Positions 1 to 12,922 of a DNA stretch of 48,938 nt are shown one piece after another. The stretch comes from a candidate division WWE3 bacterium (lineage in GTDB: Bacteria > Bdellovibrionota > UBA1018 > UBA923), in contig JBBRLF010000002.1 of the NCBI GenBank assembly GCA_038231515.1, positions 1 to 48,938 of the forward strand. Direction: 5' to 3'. The translations under genes were made by a program, and so were the position numbers. Position 1 is the stretch's first letter; each line of letters opens with the position of its first letter. The notes below the pieces were generated by a model, which worked only from the letters and a program-made list of their open reading frames with translations, was not told where the DNA came from and did not search any database.

Positions 1-315
1 ACCCGCATAAAGACTCGAGGTAAAACGCAGATAATTTTTCAGCTTTTCCTTATCGATCTGCACATCAGTCCCATCGCCATTGGCGCGATAGTTTGAAACA
101 AACGCTCCAGCATCGTCCAACGCCTCTTCATCAAAAACTTTCTTCTGCGCCGGCCCCAAACCCAGCTCGCTAAAAGCTTGCACCACAGCGTCGTGCACGA
201 AGCTCTGCAGATTCTTTTTAGCCGCGGCGGCGGCGATGGGCGTAGGCGGCGCAGCGCGCAGCGTTGCGGATAGGAAACAGAGGCCTAGGGCTAGAGAAAG
301 AATGGGTATTCTCAT
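1..315 (-). CDS. hypothetical secreted protein, N-terminal part only (gene runs off the left window edge)
   Basis: Minus-strand ATG at 315 opens a frame that stays open to position 1 (105 codons, my own translation). It begins MRIPILSLALGLCFLSATLRAAPPTP, a typical signal peptide. It is absent from the ORF track because it has no stop in the window. Confidence 0.4.
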   Translation of the reverse strand, partial: MRIPILSLALGLCFLSATLRAAPPTPIAAAAAKKNLQSFVHDAVVQAFSELGLGPAQKKVFDEEALDDAGAFVSNYRANGDGTDVQIDKEKLKNYLRFTSSLYAG

Positions 316-377
316 TACCCCTATTTCACCATGAGATGACGCACGGGTAAAGGCTAGGCAAAAATTTCGCAGGGGCG

Positions 378-3300
378 CTAGTTCTGGAGAAATTGCACAA
401 CATCGCGGCCAAAAAGCGCATTCACATCCGCCGCCATCTCAGCCGTGGGATTAACCGCCAGCTCCTTGGGCAACGCATGCCGGCTGTTGAAGCTTGTGCC
501 GCTGACCGCGCCGGCATATTCCAGATAGGCCGTGCAGGTTCCGCGGTGCCGCACCAAAGCCGCCCGCAGCTGTGCCAGCAGATGCGCGTTGACCGCACCC
601 GGGTCCAGGCGAAACACCACCGAGCTGACCTTCTTCTTCTGAAACTCCGAGATCAAATCCATCGTGCGAATGAAAAGCTTGGGCGCCTCTTCTTCCAGGC
701 CCACGTTGCCCGTGATGATAAACGGCAGGCACTGCTCCATCGACTGCTTCAGGGCGGCAGCACACGCCTCATAGGGCTCTGGAAAGCAGATGCACTCAAG
801 CTTCGTCTTGGCATCTTCGATATCCACGAAGGCCATGCGCGTGCCCTTCTTGGTCATGATCTCGCGAAAGCCACTGACGAGCGCCACCGTAGCCACGTCC
901 CAGCGGGGCCCCTCGTTGCGCCAGCCCCCCGGGCCTTGCCCGCGCGGCGCCGTTACGCCGCGATCTTTGAGCGGCAGCAGCTTGCGGCGTTCAAAGTCCG
1001 CCTTAAGCCAGGAGAGGTCGCCATTGACGAACCCCTTGGCCAGAGGCCACCACTTGTCCATGGGATGACCTGAGATGTAAAAACCCACGAGCGCTTTTTC
1101 CATCTGCAGCTTCTTGCTCTCCGACCAGTCTTCCATGCGCTTGTACAGATGATCGCTGCTCGACTCCAGCTTCAGGCCCTCGGCCTGATACTGATCAAAC
1201 ATGCTCACCTGCCCCAGGTCCGACTGTTCTTGCAGGGCTGCCGCGTACTCCATCACGGGCTCAATGCTCTCGGAAAGTGTTGCGCGGTTCTGCTCTTCAA
1301 TCGCGTCAAAGGCGCCGGCCGAGATCAGGCACTCGATAACCTTCTTGTTGACCTTACGCGTGGCCACGCGTTTGCAAAAATCAATAAAGTCCTTATAGGC
1401 GCCCTTTTCACTGCGCTCAATCAAGAGCGCATCGACGGCCACGCCCCCGACACCCTTGATGGCCTCGAGCCCGAAACGAATGGCGGACTTGGCCACCGTG
1501 GCCGCCTCGCCTGGCAAGGGCAACGTCTTGTGCTCCACGACGGAGAAAGTCTTTTTACTGAAATTCACGTCGGGCGGCAGAATCTCAATGCCGCGCTTGC
1601 GGGCATCGGCAATGTACTGCGACATCTTGTCGGTGTCGTCCATTTCAGTGGCCATCAGTGCGGCCATGAACTGGGCGGGATAATAGCATTTGAGATACGC
1701 CGTCTGATAAGAAAGCACGCCGTAAGCCGCAGAATGCGACTTGTTAAAACCATACTCGGCGAACTTGGCCAGCAGATCGAAGATCTTGGCCGCCTTTTCG
1801 CCATCAATCTTGTTGTCTTCGCAGCCCTTCAAAAACTTATCGCGCTGCTTGGCCATCTCTTCGGCCTTCTTCTTACCCATCGCCCGACGTAGAATATCGG
1901 CTTCGCCCAAGCTGAAGTTGGCCAGCACGCGCGCCACGCGCATGACCTGCTCCTGATACACGATCACGCCGTAGGTCTCTTGCAGAATTTCGCCCAGCTG
2001 CGGCAGATCATACACTGTGGGCGTGCGCCCGTGCTTGCGCTCGATATAGTCGTCGACCATGCCGGAGTTGAGCGGACCGGGTCGGTAAAGGGCGTTGATT
2101 GCCGTAATGTCTTCGAGATTCGACGGCTGCACGCGCTGACACAGGTCTTTCATGCCGCTGGATTCGAGCTGAAAGATTCCGTCCGTGTCGCCGGCCGAAA
2201 TCAGCTTGAACACCTCGGGGTCTTCGTAGTTCATCTCTTCAAGCACAAAGCGTTGCTCGAGTGCCACGCCCTTGTCGCTTTGGGTTTCGCGCACGAACTT
2301 CACGGCGTTGTCGATCACGGTCAGGGTCTTGAGCCCCAGGAAGTCAAACTTCACCAGTCCGATTTTTTCAGCAAAGTCCTTGTCGTATTGCACGACGGCT
2401 TCACCCTCTTTGCCGGTGAAGAGCGGACAATATTCGACGATTGGTCTATTCGTGATCACCACGCCCGCGGCATGCACGCCGGCGTTGCGGCTCAGGCCTT
2501 CGAGCTCGCGGGCGATATCAAACAGGCGCGCCGCGCGGGGGTCGCGATCGGTCAGCTCTTTTAAGCGAACTTCTTTTTTGAAAGCATCGCCAAGCGTGAT
2601 GCCCAGCTCTTCGGGGATGAGCTTGGCGATCTGATCCACCTCGGCATACGACAAGTTGAGCACGCGGCCCACGTCGCGAATCACGCTGCGCGCGAGCAGC
2701 TTGCCAAACGTGATGATCTGCGAAACGTTGGAGCGCCCGTACTTCTTGATGACGTACTCGATCACCTCGCCGCGGCGGTCCTGACAAAAATCGATATCGA
2801 AATCGGGCATGCTCACGCGCTCGGGATTGATGAAGCGCTCGAACAGCAGATTGAACTTGAGCGGGTCAATGTCGGTGATCTTAAGCGAATATGCGACGAG
2901 CGAGCCCGCGCCCGAGCCACGGCCCGGTCCCACGGGAATGCCCTCGGCCTTCGCGTAGCCGATAAAGTCGGCGACGACCAGAAAGTAGCCGGAAAAGCCC
3001 GTGCGCACGATCATCGTCAGCTCTTCTTCGAGACGTTCACTATAAGCGGTGCGGGCGGTAGTATCGGTGATCTTGGCTTTTGCCAAACGCTCCTCGAGCC
3101 CCCGGCGCGCGGAGACTTTAAGAAACCCTTCGGCCGAAAACTTGCCGTCAACATACGAAAGCTCATCACCCGGCCGCTCTGATTTCGCCAGCTTCGCCTG
3201 CTCAAGCACGAACGCCGGAGCCGCCATGCTCTGGTCATCCCACTGATCGGGCTGATAGTTGGGCAGATGATAGATCTGACGGCCCTTGTCGTCTTTGAGC

Positions 3301-4163
3301 TTGAAAGAAAAACCGCACTTCGCGGCCACCTCCAGGGTGCGCGTGACGGAGTCGGGCGTCCACTCGAACTGCCGTTTCATCGTCTCGGCGTCTTTAAACC
3401 AGAACTCGTCGGTGGAAAGACGGTTGCCCTTGGCCTCGTCAATATTGCGTCCGGCCGCGATGCACATGAGCGCTTCGTGGGCCGCGCCCTGCTCGGGTGT
3501 AAGATAGTGCGCATCGGCCGTGGCCACCGTGGCAATCGAATGGTGCTGAGCGATCTCGGAGATCAGGCTGTTGGCCTGGCTTTGCGCCGGAATGCCGTTT
3601 TCCTGATATTCCAAATAAAAATCATCTTTAAAGGTCTCGCGCAGCCACAGCGCCGAGCTCTCGCCGCGGTCACGCCGGCCATGCGCGCAGTGATAGCCCA
3701 CCTCGCCTTTGAGCCCTGAGCTGAGTGCGACGAGTCCCTGCGCATTGGCCGCGATAAGCTCGCGATCGGCGCGAGGCTTGAAGTGAAAGCCCTCGGAATA
3801 GGCCCGCGTGACGATCTCGCACAGATTGCGATAACCCACGGCGTCCTTGCACAAAAGCACGAGCCGGTAATTGCGAGCCTGTTCTTCGTCCTCGGCCGTC
3901 AGCGTGACGCGCTTGCCGCGACCAGGCGCCCCTTTGGTCAAGCGGCTGCCCGTCGTGTAATAAATCTCGCAGCCGATAATCGGCTTGATCTCGGCTGCTT
4001 TGGCCGCAAAGTAAAAATCAACCGCACCAAACATATTGCCATGATCGGTCATCGCCACCGCAGGCATGCCCAGCTCTTTGGCTTTCGCCATCAGCTCAGG
4101 AATTCGAATTGCTCCTTCGAGCAGGCTGTACTGCGTATGCAGATGGAGATGTACGAAAGACAA
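378..4163 (-). CDS. dnaE: DNA polymerase III alpha subunit
   Basis: 1261-aa ORF with an N-terminal PHP motif (HLHLHTQYSLLEGA), polymerase core motifs (GRGSGAGSLVAYSLKITDIDP, PDFDIDF) and a C-terminal OB-fold-type region. Confidence 0.97.
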   Translation of the reverse strand: MSFVHLHLHTQYSLLEGAIRIPELMAKAKELGMPAVAMTDHGNMFGAVDFYFAAKAAEIKPIIGCEIYYTTGSRLTKGAPGRGKRVTLTAEDEEQARNYRLVLLCKDAVGYRNLCEIVTRAYSEGFHFKPRADRELIAANAQGLVALSSGLKGEVGYHCAHGRRDRGESSALWLRETFKDDFYLEYQENGIPAQSQANSLISEIAQHHSIATVATADAHYLTPEQGAAHEALMCIAAGRNIDEAKGNRLSTDEFWFKDAETMKRQFEWTPDSVTRTLEVAAKCGFSFKLKDDKGRQIYHLPNYQPDQWDDQSMAAPAFVLEQAKLAKSERPGDELSYVDGKFSAEGFLKVSARRGLEERLAKAKITDTTARTAYSERLEEELTMIVRTGFSGYFLVVADFIGYAKAEGIPVGPGRGSGAGSLVAYSLKITDIDPLKFNLLFERFINPERVSMPDFDIDFCQDRRGEVIEYVIKKYGRSNVSQIITFGKLLARSVIRDVGRVLNLSYAEVDQIAKLIPEELGITLGDAFKKEVRLKELTDRDPRAARLFDIARELEGLSRNAGVHAAGVVITNRPIVEYCPLFTGKEGEAVVQYDKDFAEKIGLVKFDFLGLKTLTVIDNAVKFVRETQSDKGVALEQRFVLEEMNYEDPEVFKLISAGDTDGIFQLESSGMKDLCQRVQPSNLEDITAINALYRPGPLNSGMVDDYIERKHGRTPTVYDLPQLGEILQETYGVIVYQEQVMRVARVLANFSLGEADILRRAMGKKKAEEMAKQRDKFLKGCEDNKIDGEKAAKIFDLLAKFAEYGFNKSHSAAYGVLSYQTAYLKCYYPAQFMAALMATEMDDTDKMSQYIADARKRGIEILPPDVNFSKKTFSVVEHKTLPLPGEAATVAKSAIRFGLEAIKGVGGVAVDALLIERSEKGAYKDFIDFCKRVATRKVNKKVIECLISAGAFDAIEEQNRATLSESIEPVMEYAAALQEQSDLGQVSMFDQYQAEGLKLESSSDHLYKRMEDWSESKKLQMEKALVGFYISGHPMDKWWPLAKGFVNGDLSWLKADFERRKLLPLKDRGVTAPRGQGPGGWRNEGPRWDVATVALVSGFREIMTKKGTRMAFVDIEDAKTKLECICFPEPYEACAAALKQSMEQCLPFIITGNVGLEEEAPKLFIRTMDLISEFQKKKVSSVVFRLDPGAVNAHLLAQLRAALVRHRGTCTAYLEYAGAVSGTSFNSRHALPKELAVNPTAEMAADVNALFGRDVVQFLQN

Positions 4164-4206
4164 AACTAGTTTCCCTTCAGAATCCGGCGATGCTTAAATG
4201 CTACCG

Positions 4207-5796
<1,590 letters not shown>

Positions 5797-6015
5797 CGGG
5801 AGTTTTCCTCTTCAAGGGTTGAGCGGTTTTCTTCGATTGCAGATTATTTACTCAAACTGCGACGCGATGACTAGGAATCTTTCTTTAACAGGGGGTGTGC
5901 TGGCCCCGAGTGTTAACGCAATGCGCTTTCAGTAAACTCCCGAGTGCACCTTGACGCTATGTGAAAACACTTTTAGTACTGCCATGAATCAATTTTTTAA
6001 CCGGGGAGTACTAAT

Positions 6016-6651
6016 ATGAAGAAACTAATCTTGGCGATTCTGCCAGCCGCCATGCTTTTCACAGGCTGCGAAAACGCCTGCGACACTGGCCTTGTGCTCA
6101 AGGGCAAGCTGCAGTCACTTGAAACGACCGTCATGGGCACGATCACCAGCCCAGGCGCCATGGACACGAGCTGTGCCGGCTTTCGCGCCACCTCGATTCG
6201 CGAGCTGCACGAAGGTTCGAAGTTCGCTGCTCGCGTGGCCGATGACTACTTCTACTCCGAAGAACGCTTCTGCCGCGCTGGCCACTACGTTCAGCAGTGC
6301 AGCTACGGCAGCTACTATCCCGGTCATCCTGGCCATCACCCCGGCTATCCGGGCTATCCCGGCTACCCAGGTCAATATCCCCCGTACTACGACTGCCAAA
6401 ACGTTTTCGTTTGTGACGATCTTCAGATCATTCCACACAAAAAAGACGGCTTCGAAGACGCCATGGAACTCTCAAGCTTGCTCGCGAGCTCGGAAGGCAA
6501 TCTGTCTGGCGGCTGCGCCGCTCACGACCGTGGTGCGGACGTCGATGCGCTGGCTCACCTGGCTCAGGCCAAAGGCGAGCTGCACAATGCTGTTGATTCG
6601 GCCGAAGTCGTGCTGACCAAGGCTGGCTGTTACGAACGAAAAGGAGACTGA
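6016..6651 (+). CDS. lipoprotein with a Pro-Gly-Tyr/His low-complexity core, function unknown
   Basis: Lipobox signal peptide MKKLILAILPAAMLFTGC. Central YYPGHPGHHPGYPGYPGYPGQYPPYY. Shares Cys spacing and flanking motifs with the next gene (FAARVADDYFY vs FLRGVADSRYT; CQNVFVC vs CELVPVC). Confidence 0.8.
   Translation: MKKLILAILPAAMLFTGCENACDTGLVLKGKLQSLETTVMGTITSPGAMDTSCAGFRATSIRELHEGSKFAARVADDYFYSEERFCRAGHYVQQCSYGSYYPGHPGHHPGYPGYPGYPGQYPPYYDCQNVFVCDDLQIIPHKKDGFEDAMELSSLLASSEGNLSGGCAAHDRGADVDALAHLAQAKGELHNAVDSAEVVLTKAGCYERKGD
6319..6390 (+). repeat. in-frame degenerate 9-nt (P-G-Y/H) coding repeat
   Basis: ccc ggt cat / cct ggc cat / ccc ggc tat / ccg ggc tat / ccc ggc tac / cca ggt caa tat, read directly from the sequence. 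Confidence 0.8.
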
Positions 6652-6655
6652 GCTG

Positions 6656-7522
6656 ATGAAAAGTTCATTTGCTGTTTTGACCGTAGCTCTGGCTGCGCTG
6701 TTCATAGGCGGCTGTGATGAGTGCGAAAAGGCAACTCAGACGATCAACGATCTGACTGGCGCCAAAGCTTTGCTTGAGCAAGGCCTGGCCAATCCAACGT
6801 CCTGGGCGGTCACTTGTGACAACCTGGTGCAGAGCTCGGAAATCTTCCGCTCCGACGCGGACTTTCTTCGCGGCGTTGCGGACAGTCGTTACACGGGCAT
6901 CTCACCGGGCTGCTTGGAGCGCGGCTGGGTTGAATATTGCCACGGCGGCTGGGGTCGCTTTCCAGACGGCCAGTGGCTTGCCGATGCCTCAGACGTGAGT
7001 GCCACCCAAAACGATGGCACGTTTGAGATTGAAACACTCAGTCCCGGGCACGGTGGCGGACATGGTGGCGGCGGTCACGGTGGCGGCGGTCACGGCGGCG
7101 GCGGTCACGGCGGCGGCGGTCACGGCGGCGGCGGTCACGGCGGCGGCGGACACCACGGCGGCCCAGGCCACGGCGGCGGACACGGCGGCTGGCATGGCCA
7201 CTATCCCCCGCACTACCCGTATCATCCCGGCTGGCGCTGGGGCTGGGCTCCACGCACCTGTGAGCTTGTACCGGTTTGCCGCGTCTGGCAGCCCGGTGTG
7301 CCCGTGCACCCAGGCTACGACCACGTGATGGCGATTGCCTACGAACTCGACCAGGCCGCTGGCGGCATCGAAACGGCTTGCAAGAAGACGCGCGACGGCG
7401 CACCAGTTGACGAAGTCAACACGGTCGCCACTGAAACGCTTACGCGTATCGAGAAGAACGCCTTGCCCGGAGCCACGTCGGTTTACGACAGCCTCGGCTG
7501 CAACGCACGCGCCGGACACTAA
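6656..7522 (+). CDS. lipoprotein with a (GGGGH)n His/Gly-rich core, paralog of 6016..6651
   Basis: Lipobox MKSSFAVLTVALAALFIGGC. Core PGHGGGHGGGGH(x6)HHGGPGHGGGHGGWHGHYPPHYPYHPGW. Starts 4 nt after the upstream stop, so it is probably co-transcribed. Confidence 0.8.
   Translation: MKSSFAVLTVALAALFIGGCDECEKATQTINDLTGAKALLEQGLANPTSWAVTCDNLVQSSEIFRSDADFLRGVADSRYTGISPGCLERGWVEYCHGGWGRFPDGQWLADASDVSATQNDGTFEIETLSPGHGGGHGGGGHGGGGHGGGGHGGGGHGGGGHGGGGHHGGPGHGGGHGGWHGHYPPHYPYHPGWRWGWAPRTCELVPVCRVWQPGVPVHPGYDHVMAIAYELDQAAGGIETACKKTRDGAPVDEVNTVATETLTRIEKNALPGATSVYDSLGCNARAGH
7049..7201 (+). repeat. 15-bp tandem coding repeat (GGY GGC GGC GGT CAC) with degenerate flanks
   Basis: About six near-identical 15-nt units are visible at 7061-7150, flanked by diverged units. 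They encode GGGGH. Confidence 0.9.
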
Positions 7523-7546
7523 CTCCAAGCGTCTGAACTGTAATAA

Positions 7547-7582
7547 GGCCCGGTCGCATGGTTTGCGGCTGGGCCTTTTTTT
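7547..7582 (+). terminator. rho-independent terminator after the lipoprotein pair
   Basis: ggcccggtcgca-tggtt-tgcggctgggcc forms a 12-bp stem (two G-U pairs) followed by TTTTTTT. Confidence 0.6.
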
Positions 7583-7659
7583 ATTTGTGGCGCCGGGGAC
7601 GAGAGTGGAGCCAGCCCAGTTTTCTCCATTCACTTCACCCCAATAAACGCCGCCCCAAC

Positions 7660-9688
<2,029 letters not shown>

Positions 9689-9760
9689 CTATCGACTTCT
9701 GGGTGGGTACCCGGCATTTCCTGCTCTCCAAAAATGCCCTTTCAGAGCCGAAACGTAAGT

Positions 9761-10918
9761 ATGAAGAAGCTCAGGGAAATCGAGCGGCTGCGCGGTGTAG
9801 CCATCGTACTCGCGGTTTTCAACCACCCCCCGCTCCATGACTTCACGCCCGGCTTCAGCGGCGTGGTTGGGGTGCATCTTTTTTTCGTCATTTCCGGCTT
9901 CGTCATCGCGCGTTCGCTGCTCAAGCTTTTGCCCGCGCGCGGCCCAAGTCCCCAAAGTCCCCAAAGTTCTCCAATGACGGCGTTGAAAACTTTCTTTGTC
10001 CGACGTTTCTTTCGCATCGTGCCGCTGGCCCTGTTCTCGACCGCCCTCGTGCTGGCCGCCTCGGCATTTTTTAACTCCTCAAAGGTCTGGTCGCCCCCGG
10101 CCATGGTGCTCCAAGAGATTGGCCTGATCTTCACTTTGCTTTACAATTATCAGATGCTCAACTTTGGTCCCGATCTGCTCTTCTTCTGGAGCCTGAACGT
10201 CGAAGAACATTTCTATCTGGCGCTGCCCCTGCTTTTTCTGGCCGTGCGTACGCCGCGCGCGCGCAGATGGGCAGCGGCGGCCGTGGTGGGCTTGACTGCA
10301 CTGGTACTGCGGCCCTGGACTGCGCCCAAGGCCAGCGATGCTTTGCTGGTTTGGAAATATCATTTCTCAACACTCCCGCGCATCGACACACTTATGGCTG
10401 GCGTGCTGGTTGCGCTTATTGTGGACGCGCGACTGGTGGCGCGCCCGCGTGCCACCTTCGCGCTAAAATTTGGCGGAAAGGGTGCGGCGCTGGCCGCTCT
10501 GGCCACTTTACTTTTGGTCCATCGCTTCTTCACGGTAGACGAGCAAACGGGCTGGACCCTGGTACTGGCTGCCTCGGTGGTTTTAGTCGCACTGGCCAGC
10601 CTGCGACGTGGCCTGGTACTGGGCACGCCCGTGGTGGCGCAGGTCTTCGAATATCTGGGCTCGCGCTCGTATGCGATCTATCTACTGCATCTGCCTGTGT
10701 GGAAGCTCTACCTTGAACTTCAGAGTCGTCACCCCAATCTTGCCACCTACAGCTCGCCCTTCGAACTTGCGGCCTACTTCATTCTTGCCAGCCTTGGCGC
10801 GGCCGAACTTGGCCACCGCTGGATTGAACTTCCCATGATTCGTGTCGGAAAAAAACTCGCCACTGGTTTGCAGCCCGCCCCCGCCCTGCAGGCCAGCCCA
10901 CTACGAGAGGCCGCCTGA
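9761..10918 (+). CDS. acyltransferase family 3 membrane protein
   Basis: I chose the internal ATG at 9761 (MKKLREIERLRGVAIVLAVFNH, the AT3 N-terminal motif). It is followed by about ten hydrophobic segments. The longer ORF from 9332 is antisense to the gamma-CA-like gene. Confidence 0.8.
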   Translation: MKKLREIERLRGVAIVLAVFNHPPLHDFTPGFSGVVGVHLFFVISGFVIARSLLKLLPARGPSPQSPQSSPMTALKTFFVRRFFRIVPLALFSTALVLAASAFFNSSKVWSPPAMVLQEIGLIFTLLYNYQMLNFGPDLLFFWSLNVEEHFYLALPLLFLAVRTPRARRWAAAAVVGLTALVLRPWTAPKASDALLVWKYHFSTLPRIDTLMAGVLVALIVDARLVARPRATFALKFGGKGAALAALATLLLVHRFFTVDEQTGWTLVLAASVVLVALASLRRGLVLGTPVVAQVFEYLGSRSYAIYLLHLPVWKLYLELQSRHPNLATYSSPFELAAYFILASLGAAELGHRWIELPMIRVGKKLATGLQPAPALQASPLREAA

Positions 10919-11341
10919 ATGAAAAATTTCGTCGCACTCCTCATGACCGGAACACTCTTCTGCTTCACCACGGTCCAGGCCGCGACTGAGGCACCCCCGA
11001 TTCTTGAAGTAAGCTTCAACGGTCACGGCTATCACGTGGAACAGAAGGGCCGGAAGTTCATTTTCCACGGCCACGGTTATGCCAAGACGCTTGCCGTGGA
11101 GTCGTGCAACGCCGAACTCGTCGAGGAATTCTTTAGCCGCTTCGAGCGCTATAGCCGCGAGTACAGCCGCCACCCCGCCTCAGTGGTCGAGGTTGACGAC
11201 GCGCCCGCGGTCAGCCTCAACGTCAATGGCAAGCCGACCAAGGTTGCCTCGGCCAGCCGGCTTGGCCGCTGGCTGCGCGACCTGACCGGCGAGGTTCATC
11301 GCCTGTCGGCCAGATCAACCTACCGCTGCAAAGAGGACTGA
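10919..11341 (+). CDS. small secreted hypothetical protein
   Basis: Signal peptide MKNFVALLMTGTLFCFTTVQA. The ATG directly abuts the acyltransferase stop (TGAATG). Contains a duplicated GHGY motif. I recognise no family. Confidence 0.55.
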   Translation: MKNFVALLMTGTLFCFTTVQAATEAPPILEVSFNGHGYHVEQKGRKFIFHGHGYAKTLAVESCNAELVEEFFSRFERYSREYSRHPASVVEVDDAPAVSLNVNGKPTKVASASRLGRWLRDLTGEVHRLSARSTYRCKED

Positions 11342-11350
11342 GCACCGGTC

Positions 11351-12739
11351 TTATTGCAAATCCGTGGGAAGAACGGCGGTCAGCGCCAGACTCGAAGCCC
11401 GCTCAATACGCACGGCCACGAACTGGCCCGTAAGCTCGCGAGGCCCGTCATAGTGAAAGTTCACGACGCGTCCGCAGGCGGTGCGACCATAAACATTGCG
11501 GTCGGAGCTCGCGTTTTTCATCACCTTGCTACGGCCTTCGACAAGCACTTCCATAATGCGGCCGATGTGGCGCTGATTGTTCTCGGCGGCAATTTCAAGG
11601 GCGCGCTTCTGAAAGCGCAGCAGCCGCTCATGCTTGACGTCGTCTGGAACATCATCGACGAGCTTGAACGCCTTGGTGCCCGGCCGCGGACTATAGGCAA
11701 ACGAGTAAACCTGATCAAAGCGCAGATCTTCGAGCAGCTTCATCGTCTCCAGAAAATCCTCTTCGGTTTCGCCCGGGAATCCCACGATAATATCGGTCGA
11801 AAGTCCGCCCAGCGGGCTCTTCACGCGCCATTTGCGAATCTGCTCGTAATACGTCTCGATCTTGTAATGCCGGTACATGGCCTGCAAAACTTTGTTTGAG
11901 CCACTCTGCACGGGCAGATGCAGCTGATCGGCCAGCGACTTCACCGTGCCGTAGCACTCAATGAGCTCATCCGAAAAATCGACCGGATGCGAGCTGGTGT
12001 ATCGCAAGCGTCTAAGCTCGGGCACGCCGGCATCGAGTGCGCGCAGCAGCTCGGGAAAGTTCTGTGAGTTGCCTTTGCCATAAGAGTTTACGTTCTGGCC
12101 AAGCAAGGTCAGCTCGCGTACGCCCAGCAGCACAAGGCGCTGCACATCCGAGACGACCTCGGCAATGGGCCGGCTCTTTTCGCGCCCGCGCGTGAAGGGC
12201 ACAATGCAGTACGAGCAAAACTTGTCGCAGCCCTTCATGATGTTGACGAAAGCGGATACGGACTTGTTGAAAATCTTGGTCTCTGTCGTGTAGTCGCGGC
12301 CTTTGTCGAACTCATTATAGATCACGCGCCGTGCACCGCCGGCCACCTCGCCCACGATCTCGGGCAGATGGTCGATCATATCGGTACCGAAGACGAAATC
12401 CAGATGCGGATTGCGCGAAAAAAGTTTGGGCCCCGAAAGCTGGCCTACGCAGCCGCCTACACCGATCATCTTCGCTTTGGTTTTGCCCTTTTTCAAACCA
12501 CCCAAGGACGAGAGCATCTTTTGCACAGCCTTGTCGCGCACTTCGCAGCCGTTCAAAATGACGATGTCAGCATCTTCTATAGACCGAGCCGGGCTGGCGC
12601 CCGTCTCGGCGAGCAGCACGCTCATGCGCTCGGTATCGTTGACGTTCATCTGACAGCCAAACGTCTTGATAAAGAACGACTTGGCTGGCTGGTGGTGGTG
12701 AATTTCCGGTGGGACCGGGGTTTCAGAGCTGTGCGGCAT
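11351..12739 (-). CDS. miaB: tRNA-i6A37 methylthiotransferase
   Basis: FFIKTFGCQMNVNDTE (UPF0004 domain), radical-SAM CDKFCSYCIVP, and a C-terminal TRAM region. The start is taken at Met57 of the ORF (MPHSSETP). Confidence 0.9.
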   Translation of the reverse strand: MPHSSETPVPPEIHHHQPAKSFFIKTFGCQMNVNDTERMSVLLAETGASPARSIEDADIVILNGCEVRDKAVQKMLSSLGGLKKGKTKAKMIGVGGCVGQLSGPKLFSRNPHLDFVFGTDMIDHLPEIVGEVAGGARRVIYNEFDKGRDYTTETKIFNKSVSAFVNIMKGCDKFCSYCIVPFTRGREKSRPIAEVVSDVQRLVLLGVRELTLLGQNVNSYGKGNSQNFPELLRALDAGVPELRRLRYTSSHPVDFSDELIECYGTVKSLADQLHLPVQSGSNKVLQAMYRHYKIETYYEQIRKWRVKSPLGGLSTDIIVGFPGETEEDFLETMKLLEDLRFDQVYSFAYSPRPGTKAFKLVDDVPDDVKHERLLRFQKRALEIAAENNQRHIGRIMEVLVEGRSKVMKNASSDRNVYGRTACGRVVNFHYDGPRELTGQFVAVRIERASSLALTAVLPTDLQ

Positions 12740-12922
12740 TGGGTCGTCTATACCTCGGAGCCAGGACCAGAACAAGCGGCACATGGAACGGCACGCCCTG
12801 GAGCAGGATTCACCCCCGCGTGCTGCTAAAGGCTGCCGCCCAGCCCACCGCAAGTCCGTGAAAGATAAGAAAAAGTATAAAAATAGCGGCAGGATTGCCG
12901 CATACAACAGGCGTCCCGCGGA

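Noticed and set aside
393-4169. Numerous plus-strand ORFs (for example 393..1073, 1149..1892, 1980..2564, 3267..3719, 3783..4169) inside the dnaE region.
   Set aside because: They are antisense shadows of a full-length, motif-rich dnaE in GC-rich DNA. Their products are Arg/Ala/Gly/His-rich with no motifs.
7049-7201. A regularly spaced short repeat that could be mistaken for a CRISPR-like array.
   Set aside because: The units are contiguous with no spacers, are 15 bp long, and lie in frame inside a CDS. This is a coding tandem repeat.
6989-7633. 214-aa and 121-aa minus-strand ORFs and a 109-aa plus-strand ORF over the GGGGH repeat (poly-AAVT and poly-RRD products).
   Set aside because: They are alternative-frame or antisense readings of the 15-bp tandem repeat. 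The lipobox-bearing frame, which is paralogous to the upstream gene, is the credible one.
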